64,000 bases of DNA from Balanoglossus misakiensis (lineage: Eukaryota > Animalia > Hemichordata): assembly GCA_040954595.2 (NCBI GenBank), contig CM082585.2, positions 8,201,404 through 8,265,403 on the forward strand, given 5' to 3'. Below are positions 14,100 through 28,100 of the stretch, piece after piece. The translations under genes were made by a program, and so were the position numbers. The stretch's first letter is position 1, and the number at the start of each line of letters is the position of its first letter. Under the pieces are notes generated by a model. It did no database searches and was not told where the DNA came from. It saw only the letters and a program-made list of their open reading frames with translations.

Positions 14100-14480
14100 C
14101 GCGGACGGGAGTGGGGATCGAAAAATGCCGGTATTAACGTGTGCGTCAGTCAGTCAGTGTGGCCCGGCCCTTCAAACTCGAGTGGGAGATCAAGGTCTGT
14201 TTTTGCGCGGTCAGAGTAAAAAAAACGGCGATTTCGCATGAATCTCGCGGAGATTTGCCATTTCCGATCGAAAACTGTGGTCGATTTCTCCGCGCGCGCG
14301 TATTTCATCAGGCGTCTGAAACGCGTTCTTCGTGTACGTATGCGCGCAAACGCTATGCAGTGGTAACGGACCGGTTGATGGGTTAGTGTATCTACATATT
14401 AGATTAGTTTATTGTTGTTAATTAGTAATCGGGCCGTCTGCCAAATGGCGGCACCCAGTTCATGTGAGGACAGCTCCGTG
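14100..14480. promoter_or_regulatory. CpG-rich promoter-like region, candidate distal MBNL promoter
   Basis: High CpG density, a TCAGT Inr-like triplet (gtcagtcagtcagt ~14146-14159) and YY1 consensus CAAATGGCGGC at 14442-14452. MBNL exon 34033 has an acceptor and so needs an upstream first exon; this assignment is inferred. Confidence 0.35.
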
Positions 14481-15560
14481 CGGGCTTATGTAATACAAGA
14501 CAATAGAAGCCATATGCGTAGGCTGGTTGCTAGATGACATCACACCGCGGACTTTGTTAATAGGTGACCTCACATGCCCTCACACAGTCACTCATAACGC
14601 TCGTCGCGGCGATTGCCAGCGAGACATGTAACCATTTGGCGAACACTGTAGCAAAGTGAAACCCATCGGCGAATTAGTCCATATCTACCTTTGAAAGCGA
14701 CATTAGAGCGTCTAATGGCCTCCGCGTTTGCAACATTGAAATCGAATCGTGTGAAAATCATTGTTCTGCCCGGCAAACGTGATGACCGGCATTGCGCACC
14801 CAGACTGGCCATGTGCCGAGATTCCGCACAGTAGAATTTTATGGATGATTTTTTAAAGCGATGTTGGATTGGCCCAGAGGAGAGAAAAAAGAGTTCACCA
14901 ATAATAAACTCCGGTATGCAGACTGGTGTTTTTAATTTGTGTCACTCCGGAGCATTTTTTTCCGCATGTCCTGGGGAGTTTCAACCGGCTCGTAGATTCC
15001 ATCTGGGGTCAAAGAACCCCCCAGCTTGTAGTCTTTGCCACACCCACCCGGCCGGCCCATCCATGGGCCCGGCAATGTTAGCCAATGACACAACACAATC
15101 GCCTGCATTGTTCCGTAGTATTTACCCCATACCTGGCAATGCCAGTATCTTAATAATCCCCCATTCACCCTGCCTGCCTGTTAGGACTTTGTCCTTATTG
15201 TGTGAAGCACTGCACATTATGCAAATCTCTATCTGTGGGCGAGAGTGACAGACTGTCTGTGTACATTTCACTGGCTGAAGACTACAGCTACCCTCACTTT
15301 GGATATACATGTATACATTTATATATACATTATAGTATCACTTGACAGATTAATAAGAGTTTGGTAGTCAACAGAAGTTGTTAAAAGTCAACTGTATTGT
15401 CCATACAAACATGACTACTCCTATAGGCAGGTTTTTAGACCTGCTGTAAAAATAGTTTCATCTTTTAACAACATGCCTGATATAATTGGTCAGTCTCTAT
15501 CACACTGCCTCAAAAATAGAGTTCGAAATAAACTGTTATTTATAGCCATATTTTAATTTT

Positions 15561-16130
15561 CTATAGTGTGCTTTTTCCAATTGAATTTTGTTTCTGTTTT
15601 ATCTCCTTGTATGTATTTTGGGTTGAAAGATGGATAATAAGTAGCTCTGGGTTACAGGTTGTGGGATAGAAGTTGCCCTGTGACGTGGTGAGGGTTTGTA
15701 GAGATATAGGTTTTGAGAGATGATACTGGTCTACTTTGGGGTGAATCGAGGTCAGTGAGAGGTCGCCTGAGGTGATGGAATTTATGGGGACCATAAGTGC
15801 GGCTATATCTTCAAGGTTGTCTGTTGTAAGTTCCCTGTTTGGTGGAAGGAACTCCTCTTTTTTGGAGGTTTTTGTGTCTGCGGATTTGTTGCCGGTTGTT
15901 AAAGTACCTGGTGGTGCTCAACAAGTAGTTCTTGTGTCTCTGTTTGTGCTTGTGCGTGTAGTTGTTAGGGTTTTCATGCAACTGAATTGTTTGTTGTGCG
16001 AGTGGTTGTGGGTTTTATGAGATAGACCTGCTCTGTGTAGAAACAGTGGATAGGATAGGATGGCCATTGTAAGGAGATCAGCTTGTAATAATGTTAATAA
16101 TATATTGCACGGGATCGATAAAACTGGCAA
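15561..16130 (-). mobile_element. Probable Penelope-like retroelement relic (ORF N-terminal region)
   Basis: About 190 codons in one frame, interrupted by a single TGA (15918-15920), with strong A/C skew. The peptide YHLSKPISLQTLTTSQGNFYPTTCNPELLIIHL resembles the Penelope/Neptune pre-RT motif (NLS..LS.....L.KGLNF.PT). Not database-verified. Confidence 0.4.
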
Positions 16131-19100
16131 GTGTTGTATATCTCAGGTAACTAAGAAACAGCAGGTGAACAAGAGGAATAAACCAACCCTGTATTGTTTG
16201 ATCTAGTTTGCAGATTATATTATTATCTTGGGTGTGATTTCCCATTTCTGATTACTATGCGCTACTGAAAACACCAACAAACACGATGTAATACTAGGAA
16301 TTTAACATTTTGACTATTTCCTGTTTGGAGTACTGCTGTATGAGACAACGTCTCACATGTTGCTTTGAACTGATTGCAGATGTAATTAAGATAATCACTG
16401 TTTATAAAAAATGATCCGATATTTCTGAGCTGTCGATTTGACTCAGTTCAGAAGGTTTTCAAGATTGATGAAAAGAAATGTGTGTTGCTAGGTTACAGCG
16501 ACCAGGTCCTGGAAGGCAATGATTTGAGCTGTGAAATTTTCAACATGTATATCCTGAAATAGGGTTCAGTTTTCAAGTTTCAAGGAATTGTGTGTTTTTT
16601 TCCGGTTGTTTGATGATCTCAATCTCTTTATTCATTAAAATAAAGGGGATTACTTTCCGGTTGAACAGATGATTTGTGAACAGACTAATTCTGTTTCATG
16701 GAAACTTGGGAACTTTTTTTCACAAGTTTTGGCCACACTGATAGGGACGTGTGCATTCTACGAAGAAATGAATGCAGTCTATCATTATGCATTGTGCAGT
16801 ACCTTTTAAAAAGTGCTGCACTATTGTCAATACACAGAGGCACTGTACCCCCAAAATGTTCGGGTCAAAATTACGCATTCAAGTCATGCTTTGTGATGTA
16901 ATGGGACTACACATCCTTAGTAACAAGGCCTTATACAGACAGAAATGTTGACAGCTATTCAATTCAAACTTTGACCTCAGCGACCCCGGGAGTGATCGCA
17001 CCAACTATAGCTGGGGCTTTTTTGGCGGCTGTGCGAGACCGAAAAAAACAACAACAGGCTGGGCTGGTCTCTTCTGCCCCGTGCGCGCCATTTTGTTTTA
17101 GAACTACCTATTCCCGAATCCCCACCGATTCTGTCGTTTTAATTCTAGAAACCAATTTTTCCAGGAAAACCATACAAGTTTAAATCGTATAATCACAAAT
17201 GTAGGTTTTTCGGTGTGTTTTTTATCTGGCAATCTGGATGACGATACATCAGACAGAATTTTAGAGTGGCGGGCACATAAGGGCATTCATCTAGGATTTA
17301 AAGTCACTCACAATGTGCAGTGTTGGGTCAAAGTATGTACACTGAGGAATTTCAATTCTAGAGGGCCAATTATCAAAAGGATAGATCAGACGATTGCGCA
17401 TGTTTGTGAAATGTTAGGCGTCTTCGAGTCAGTTTTTTTTTCCTATTTGTCCTCAGCAAATCTATTTAATTCCACCCACACAGAAACACGTGTGCACCGT
17501 CTCTGCAGTTGTTGAAGAGAAATGATAAGTCATGTCTAATTGCTAGATTCGGGCAACTATGATGTCATCCAATGCACACATGAAATTTGCATGCCGGCGT
17601 GCGTTTCGTAAAAAATCCACTTTTTTTAGTCGCGCCTAAGGGCGTTTCAGGTCGCTGAAATGAAAAATGGAGTTTTTTGCTGTGTGAAAATTATGAGGAA
17701 CCATCAGGAGGGAAGCAAGGAAGGAAGAGTTTCTGTAAAGTATTTTTGTGCAATCGGTACACATGGATGTGAAACCAAGTGGGTAATGAAACTTCGACCG
17801 AATGTATGTCCGTTTTACCAGGAAGTTGCATTTTGTTGAATTAACAGAAGATTACAGAAAAAACAAGTTTCACTTCATGTGTGGTAGGGACGTCATGCGC
17901 TCTTCGAGACAAGGAAATCTGTCAGCTGATTATCTGTGTTTGGTTTCAATCAATCAATCAAAATTCAAAGTCCATGCGACGAACTTTGCAGTAATCACTC
18001 ATTGATTATATTTGCCTGGGCCTGAATTTACGAAATAAAATAAAAATGAAGGCAGGAGTGTGATAGTAAAAAGAACTTGAGTGGGTTATAAAACGACATA
18101 AATTTTGTGGTCAGTGTGGAGTTCCAGTCTCGTGAGGCAGTGCAGAGGCGTTCATTGATAATACAAGTCAGCAAGGCAAAGTCTCCTTTAGAATTACTAA
18201 GTAATTTGTCTAGACATTCCATCCACTCTGCCTAGCAAAAAAAAAATACTTGCCGAGAAAAGAAAACGCTCATTAGAGTGTAAATTTCACCTTGAAATGG
18301 ACAAGGTATGCAGAATATTCTGTAATACCGTGTCTGGACAGCCCCTTGTTGCAGTGGAAGGAGTTGGCATGGTTTGTTTTTAGAATACACCATCATCTTT
18401 TAAAATGCAGTGTCTGTTAAGTAGTCATAATTGCGTTACGGTAGACATAGCATTTAAACTTAGCTCCCTCCTTACAGCCACAATTCATGTCTCAACATGC
18501 CCAGGTTGTCATAACTCACTCTCCCATTCTAAACCCATGGCGGATAATTGAAATAAAAAAAAAAAACGTCTCTGTTTGAACACCGGTGTGTGTGATTTTG
18601 TTCCGTTGCTGTATACAACGAAGCACATTCAGTGACAGTAAAATTGTCCTTCCTTAGAAGGAGCTCATCAGTATGCGCAAGAGTCTGCCACAACGTCATG
18701 TTTTGCGGTGGAAGGTATTAAAAATAACACCGGCCAATAGCAGGCAACTTCGACGGATCCTCGGCTAATAGGCACACCTTTTTTTTCGCTGGCTGTGCAC
18801 AATTTCGCCGCATCCAGCCATCAATTCTGGTAAATGAATCGGAAAACAGTGTGAGCTGATAAAAGACTCTGAAAGGGTACAGGTTGATAAATGAATTGGA
18901 AAGAGTGGGAGGTGATCAGAGTTTAGGACTGTGTCTCGCCAGCAAGAACTTAACTCGCTAGTGATGTCGGTGTAGTTTACAAAATCAGTTAAATTTGGGA
19001 ATGAGCAATGCAACTCATGGAAGTTGACTGCATAAATGCACTCCCCAAAACAAGGAAGAAGGCAAAAAAATTCATCTGTTGGCAGGCAGAAGCTGTCAAA

Positions 19101-22100
19101 AAAATTGCAAAGTGGTTATGAGGTCACAAAATGTCAGTGTCCCATCCCGATGCTAAAATTAGAATGCTGGCAATATTAATATTTAAGTAAACTGGCATCA
19201 AAAATAAGTTGATTGTAATTTAAACTGTATTTCTGCTTTCCCTGTATTATCAACATCTCGTTGTGTTTGATAATTATGTCATGTCACAGCTGAGAAAAAT
19301 TCAGCACTGACACACCTTGGCATTTGCATGGTTACCATTTACAGATGGGATGCATTCACTGGGCAAAGATCATTGAGAACTAATATATATACCGGCTTAA
19401 AGAATGGATATCTGATTGCATCGTTTGGATTGAGGAAATAAAAACTGAAAATGATAAATCCAAATTGATATCTTTTTGTGAATAACCAGACTGCTTGATG
19501 TGATAACACAAGGTATCGGTTTCGGATATTGACACATTACAATTCTATGATTAGATTTATGCGAGAATCAATTTCCTATACTGAGTCAAATCCGACTCGA
19601 ACAGGGCAGTCAACAGCTCTTTATTCTGCCATTCAATACATGAATATTTAATTGTCTGTAGCAGGCATGGCTGCATTTTAAGACCAGGCAGACAGACGGG
19701 GAAGGCATGTTCCAAACACACGATACACCGAACACATCAAATTATCTCTTTTATTAATCATGTACTAAGCTCAGAGCTTTATTTGCCAGATTTAATCATC
19801 ACATTTAAAGTTTTATTAGTAGCGTACAAAAGTTTTCACATTTTTATGATTTTTGTGGCAATTTTTAAATTTCATTTTACTCTGGCCATTTTGAATTGTA
19901 AATTTTGTTCACAAATGCGGAGAGAAATAAAGAGAGTGGTACTAAAAGACGGCACATTTATGAAGCTTTCATGACGTTATCTGAAATGATGACTTAGTTG
20001 TCATCCTTGAACCTATGAGGCCCTGGGACAACACGTGCATGTAACTGAGCCAATTGCACAAAAAGAGTGTCGGGGGTATTTGCTATTACTTGTGAACCAA
20101 CCATTTACTTGTGATCAATGTATAAGTATACACATCCCCTGTGTGAGAAATTTGAAATTCCTATCTTTGTGGCATACCAAGCTGTCTGAGTTTATGCAAT
20201 CCATTTTCGTGCTTCTCTCGACTAATACAGTATGTGGCCATTTTGATTTTTGCAGAAACCACAAAACCCAGTCCTCTGTTATAGCAGGAGGAACAAAATT
20301 TCTCACATGCATATATTATCTCCATGAATTTGACAGGAGGCAAAACTGTGAGGTGACAAAAGGCAAAGTCAAGTTTCTGTAAAGAAAAGTGTGAATTCAG
20401 GACAGAATGAGTTCACAGTGGTTGATGTCTGATTTCAAATTGTCCACTTGGACAGTCTAGACTTTCCCTGGCTTGTTCAGGGTAATTTCTTGGTGTACAA
20501 ATGAATTCATCGTCTCGATAAGTGTCCTGCAGGTCCAGAAGAACCGTTGATGAATTGAAAGATTGTCTTGGGGTGGGCGACATAATTTGCATATAGGGAA
20601 GTTTGCCAGTTTTGGTCAGTGATTTATAAGTCCTATACGTATATACCCATTACTATGTTAAACTGCTTCTGCGGTGTTAAACAATTTCTGTTTTGAGAAA
20701 AACGTTTCTTTCCCACAATGAGGGTGTATATAAATTCACGTACGACAATGCAGTCACATGGTTACTGGGGTCCCATACAATCCGAACTGACTCTGGTGTT
20801 TGTCTGGTGGGATGTGAGGATGCATTGTTATATTATGGCGTGTTCTGCTTCCTTATGCATGCGTTTCGATGATTTCATTTTACGTGCAAGTATGTCCGAC
20901 CTTTCGCGAACTTTGTCACTGATTCAGGAAGGCCGGCGATAAATATTTGTTTGTTTTTTAAGAAAAGCGGTGGTCAGTTTTGAGTGCAGCTCAAAGGCTA
21001 TAGTGCTGTACTGTGAACGGCTGTGAACCAGTTTATCAGTTCATCCTGGCCAAAAGATATCAGGTGGAGGGGGGGGGGGGGTTATCAGCAGTGACTCAAT
21101 GATTGACAGCTAGGGGTTATTTCCTGCCAAATTACACAACTGGGCAGTCAGGCCCGTCGACCACTTGATATACGAGACCCTGACCTATATGTTTATACTT
21201 GAAACGGTGCATATTTGTGCAGACTGGAACTAAAGATTCATAGATTACGAGTTTCTAAATAAGTGGACGGAATTTTTTTAAGTCTGTGCAGGATAAACTT
21301 ATATAGAAGATTCCTCGTGCATTTGGTTACATTGACTGACTGACTGAATTGATTTATGTCGGAAAGTCAACCTAGAAACTGTGGTCTGCATCGTCAGATG
21401 TTAAATTTAACAGTAGAGTGAGATCTTAAACGAAGAAAATGGACTAATAATAAGATGATCAGGCAAATTATTGGAAGCTCACAGACAGGTACGATCAAAT
21501 GAAGTCAGGCGTGGTTAAGGTCAGGGGTCATGCAGCCATACCGAAACAACCTAGCAGTTTCCCGCCTTTATTGTCTTGGACGGTTGAAAGATCCGAACGA
21601 GGCTTAAATTTGCCCTCACTCAGAAAGTTCACCACGTGTGTCTGGTGACAGATTTAGAGACACATCCAACTGTTGAGTGCTTCCTGCAAAGCACATGTAT
21701 TTGCGGCGTTTGAAAATTATCGCCTGTCGTAGGGTGTACGACAAATTGTAATAAAAAGAGACCTGTGTTGGGACCTGGTGTTCGTGAGGTGGTTCAGCAT
21801 GAGTGCCATGCGGGCAAGCACATGTGGCCATGTTGGTGTAAACACGCACTCAACGCGTTATCCAAATCAATAGGCACTAGCTGCCATCAATGAAACTGAC
21901 ATACGTGTCAGGTTTCGTAGACTGTCATACAACGCGCTTTGCACAAAGAACAGAAACCAAATGTTTACGCTGTGTGAGAAAGCAGTAATCAGTCTGTCTT
22001 CAGTGTTATTATACAGTCCAAATTACTTTGATGTTCATTTACAGAAAATGGCATATTGCAAATAATTAGACCATGACTTGTCGCAAAGCAAGCTAACATA

Positions 22101-25100
22101 CATTGCAGTTAATGATGATCCTCTGGATAGAAGCAAAATGCAAATTTAGCTTGGGAATTAACTTTGCACCACATCAAACTATACACCTGTGTAGTTTCTG
22201 AGAATAGTTGATGTATAGAAAGGTGTCAAATTGGGCGTTTTCTATAACAGGACTTTTAGTGAATAACTTTCAAATACAGACAGGCCTTACTTTACATCAG
22301 AAAAAGTATTGGCTTCTTGCAGTATGTGTGGTCTGTATTACTCTCGTTCCTACGATGAAATGTAAATATGAATAAATTCTGGCTGCGACCTCTAAACACT
22401 GCTTTATTTTCTCAGAAAACTGTCTTTTAACCCGACTCCCGCGTGGCCGCATCCGACTCAAGACTATAACTAGGCCCCAGTCATGGAGGACGCTGGAACT
22501 GAGTGCCCCCGTGCAAAGTTGATTTCAAATGCAGCAGACATGGCCGTATCAAATGAACATCGCAAGCTGCTCCCTCTAATGACTCAAAAGTCATTAAAAA
22601 CCCAGACGTTCTGAGCCGCAACAAGACACTGCTCGCATTTAGATCAAGGGCTTGCGTTTCTCGACAGACGATGCACGACGTGATACCCAAAACGAAAATG
22701 ACCACGAGATGACACCTGTGAGATAAAGCACGCGACAGACCTGTGGAAAACCACATTTGCATAAAGAACAGATACGGCGCTGTGATTGGCGGCTGTGATG
22801 ACCCCAGCACGTGACCTTCATTTGCAAGTCTGCTGGTTTTTTGCGCTAAGATTACTGTTTGCTCAGTAATGGCATGACAATGGATTTTATAGACAACTGA
22901 CTGAAAAGCTCGTGCCTCTGTTAGAATTAAATCCAAAATTACTTAAGAAAAAAATGTCCACCCCCAAAAATGGTACTTAGTGGTAGACTAAACAACTGTG
23001 TCTTTTATACCTTGCTAGTCACAACACAACTGCTAAAGGCCACATAAGTCTGTTATTATTTTTTCAGTGGGGATATATGAAAGAAAAATAAACGGTGGGA
23101 TTCTTGCATTGGAATTCGAATTGATGTATTTGATTGACACTTGGTGAAATTATTGCTAATTAGCATAACTAAAATATTTGTATTTAGTCTGACCTAATTC
23201 AATCCTGCAAATAGCAGGCATTTTATGTAAATCCCTGCAGATTTTATCAGCATAGAATATTGATGTGCACACGAGGGTTGAATTCTGAGTGCCGATTTCC
23301 ATGGCAACTAAATAACTGATTGATCCACATGTATAGACAAGTAGATCATGTATTTAAGAAAAAAAACAGCCTAATCTGCATATGCTCTTACCGGACCAAT
23401 CACAGTAATTTGACACTGATTACCAAGGCGACGTGTTGGCGAGGTTTTAGAAAGTCCACTCACCTGCTTTCTGGGGCTCTCTTCTTGAGTGCTCTTCTGG
23501 TTTGTAGAAATATTATCCTTATATACACTTGGTGACACCCACTTTTCCTGCAGTGTAACCTGTGGAGGGATATTATTTATGTTTCAATACAGATGCTTCA
23601 CGTTTCTATATGGCAAATGAAAGGTTTACAGTTCCAGAGGCAGACAGGTGGGGCACATCTAAAAAAAGCTGTGATACCATGTTGCATGCGTGCATGTGTG
23701 CAAACAGACTAAATTTAAACGTTTAATAGCTGGAGTTATAATCAGCACTCTACAATTTTAGGTATTGAATTTGCAGAGGAACACAAATCTGTGAAGGTGC
23801 TCGTTTCATGGAATACACACGTGACAGTGTTGTAGCATGAAAGCAGATAGGTTACTGTGTGAAATCAAGTGTTACATTGTGGAATTGTGACTGTGAAGAT
23901 ATGAATCACATCAGGTAAATTGCCGCAATTACCGTAACTTAATTGGAAAAGATAAACAGTGCCAGCTGATCAATATGAACAAAGCAATCTGATGGATTTC
24001 ATAAAAATCTGGTTACTAGTGTCATTAATTTCATTTTTTTAAATCCCTCTGGCGTACAGGTTACAGTCGGTAATTAAGCTAAATTGAATTAACAGAGAAC
24101 TAATAAAACCGGTTGCCATTTTTTTTGTGTCCGTCAGTGTACATGTTTCCTGGGTAGGAAATTTAGCAAAATATGAAGTGAGGTAATGCCAACAAAGATG
24201 ACATTTACTGAGCTTGTTCACTTCCCAGACAGTGCCTGCACCAATAGCGATGTGATTGTCTGTTGTCCTGGCAACGGTGACCGTCTCCAAGCACGAACAG
24301 GTTGTCAGTTCCACATCGACACGTAGGTTTCAACAGATCGGCTTTGAAATTTTACAGGGTAGCATGCAGGCTGAACACTTTATGTAAATTCCTTCCTGAT
24401 TCACAAATTCAGGATGTAAAATTTAACAGACATTTTATGAATGCAATATGTAATGCGCACGCCCAGTATCGGTCGGGTACTTAAAGGACAAATGACCTCA
24501 TTCCGATTGAAGTCTTCCCATTTTTCCCACTTTTTCCGTCTCTATCAAGGTCAGGGAGTACTCTATATGTCTGCTTGGGAAGCAGTAAGTGCTATGATGC
24601 TACATTTCATGGTGGATTTCCTTTCCAAATATGACAACCATGGATACGTACATGTAATTAGATATCATCTTGTTTTGCATATTTGCGACCGTGAAGATGA
24701 CACTTATCTGTTGAAAGCTTGCATTTAAGTGCGCCGGAAATTTATTACGGGATGTATTAATTTTCTTTTGCCTGCAGGAATTTTAAAATTTTGTAGCTGA
24801 TTTTATCAAAGATAAGAAGCAATGGGGAAGCTTTCATTTTTATCGTACAAAATATCTTGTTGAAATGCCATAAAGGGGAAGTGAAAAAGGCTATAAATTT
24901 GCTGTGTTGAAATAACTTCAACAGATATGAAAATTGAGCTGAGAACTAAATATATGTAAATCATACCAGCGGAACAAAACTGGAAATTTTGCTGTATTAA
25001 AGTAGTTCATCGTCCAATCAGAAGCTCCAAAAAAATTAATCAATTTGGAAACTATAGTTAAATATTAATAAATAGTGAATTGTTTTCATTGTTAGGATTT

Positions 25101-28100
25101 TGCGGTATAATAATTGATATCTTCTGATTCAATATGATATGGGGCAGTCACAGAATATTACCACAATGACCCCTGACCCCAAATACCTTTTGTATGACCC
25201 ATGCATGATCTCTGACCTTAAATACCTTCATACGATCTCTGAATGCTTTTCAGTCAGGAAGTATTCACCAAACATTCTCAAGCATATTTTAAAAATTACA
25301 CTGTGCAAACAGTAATTTTATTTCAGTATATCATAATCAGTTTTATGATAAAGGCACAAATTAAGACTGTAAAGTAAGGAGATGGCTACTAAATTACTTA
25401 AAAATATTATAGTCTATTCTAGTGATTTGTTTATTTTTGATGTGTCAGATGGTATATTGGCAAAATATGTTTCAAATTATAATAGGTCAGTTTATTAAAT
25501 ACCATAACATGAATTTTACAACATTGTTGTGTATGTCTGATTTGGAATGTGACAGCACTGATTTTGTTTCAAAATGTCTACATGTTGAGACTAGTTTAGT
25601 ATTAAATGGATCTTTGTTAAGGGGTTGACATTGGGGACCCTGACAAAAGATGTGGCTGGGAGTTCTAGAAAGACCTTGCATTTGATGTGACCTACTGGGT
25701 GGGTGGTTATAACGATCGATGGACAGACAAAATCAATGTTGCAGAGATTCACAACGAGCGCCAGGCAACCCAGAGATGAGTCTGTGATGATTCCGGCAAT
25801 TATCATAACCCGCGTCATTTACCTCAAGTTGCAAATCTCCAAATGTCTACTTCCAAGTGTGTTTATAAAATGATTGCTAATTTCAGGTCTGGGTGCAAAA
25901 CCTTATTCTGTACCGTACATTCAAAAAGCTGCAATATGAACCAGAACTTGGGGGTTGATGTTTAATGAGATCACAGAGTGAACACATGCCTGCAAGTCGT
26001 AGATAACATTCAGGTGACAGCATAGTGAAAGTCGCCATGGCAACGGTCAGTCATGTCTAACTCAAGGCTAAATCTGTCTGACATTAAAATTTATTTTGCG
26101 ACTTTTCAGATGACATTATTTCAATGAATGCAAATTTGGGCATTGGTAATGGGGGGGGGGGGGTAACATGCTTCTGTATAATTAATTAAGCCCCACCTAT
26201 AGTGCCACATTCTTGTAATGCACCGCGTGATGGAAACATGTAGAACACTTCCCAGTAGACGGGTTTAATGAATATGCAGGCTCCTGTCTGCATACTGAAT
26301 GACACTGGAATATTGGATCTGGAACTGTTGTAACAAGGTTGCAACAGAATGTGGTGTGAACAATCCCAAAAGGATACATCTTAACTAAAATATGACAAGT
26401 CCTGTTACTCACGGTGTTTTTTTAATTTTTTTGTCATAGTTATGTTTTCAATGTCAATTCACAGTACTGTCTGCATGCGTCCCACTTTGGTTTTCTGTCT
26501 TAAATTAGACACAGTTGGAATATTACATTTGACAATTAGCACACCTGTCACGGAGGGCATATTGCAACTTTTATGACCGTAAAAGCTGCCGTGCATATCG
26601 GTGACCTTTGTAGGTTTTTGTGCAGAAAGACAGTTCATTATAAGCAAAAACGTCTTAGACTAGATCTGACATACGGATTAACAAAAGACATTTCAGTACC
26701 AGTTGTAGCTGCAAGGGAAAGAGGGTTTCACTATTGAACTTGATATGAAGCGTGAAAAACTTGGGAGATCTTGACCTATATACATATTTTATGAATGATC
26801 CACTCTCATATGTATGAAGTTGTGGAGGGATATTGCTTTGTATTAAGGTGGTTCTGCACATGTTAAAACTGCACATCTTCTCAAAGCTTTATTTCTCACA
26901 AGGACATCATTGAAATCCCTACAATGTTAATTTTTTGGAAATTAATTAGAAATATACTAAGCAGCGTCATTTGCATAAACATAAAGTAAGAGTGCCATGT
27001 GCAAACGTCAACATTTGCTTAAAAGGAGAGGTTTTGACGGTCAGTTAAAGATTTTCAGGGAAAGTGTGAAATTTGACCAAAATTGCTCTGTAACATTCGA
27101 TGCCCCCTCACAGTATGGATTATTTTTATCACAGACAGATTTACTTCTGTTTAAGGGCGTAGTCTCAAGACATTGGGCTGTATATTTATGGCAATGACCT
27201 TGACTCATGTTTCCCAGCTGCTGCGACCTCACTTTTGAACAAATTGACATTGAACTTGTTTAAAGATGTGTATTTTAAGTGTAAGAGCCTTGGGAGTCCA
27301 CGGGCTGTCGACGCAAAACGTAACAGGTTCTCTAATTCTTCTGCAATGGCGTGTAAGGATTATATAAAGATAACACAGGTCAGTATCACATTTCATTTTA
27401 ATTTGATCAAATTGACTGATGAAATGAAAGTGTTCATGCAAATAATGTAAGCCAAAACAGATCAGCAAGCAGGGAATTAGCATGTCTAAATCATGGCATT
27501 GCTTCTCAGCTTACTGTTTGATTAGCAGCAATTTTTTTGCAAAAAAAATGGGTTGTTTGGGGTTGTCATAGCTATCATGCAGTCCCTGCAATTTAATATC
27601 ATCTCTTCACAGTAAATCAAGTGAGGAATCTTTCTAATACTCATTTTAATTGCTCTCGCGAGCGCCACAACGCGCAATTAATTATTAACACAGACGAACA
27701 AGCACTGTATTGGATTCGAAACACAAGTGATGCACATACTACGGCGAGTGTGATTCACTTGTTGCCTTTGTTCAACTGTCAATTTAATTGCGCAGGAAAT
27801 TAGAGAGTGGAGGAAAGTCCACGGGGTTGGACAATCTGAAATGTCGACTGCATCAATCGCAGGTCGTCAGTTGGTTGCTAGGGACTCCGTGTACAATTTT
27901 ACAACCTGTCTGAAGGATTTACCCGATTACTGGTTATACACGCGATTCCTTGAGATTCTCATAAACTTTACTTGTCGAGAGGAACGGGTGATTGATCGTA
28001 GCATTCACAGGCAAGCAGTAACTCGGGTGACCCTTGACCCCAGTGTTCATGTATTCTCTTTCATTTCTAACGTAAAAATATTCGCCCTTTTCAGCTCACC

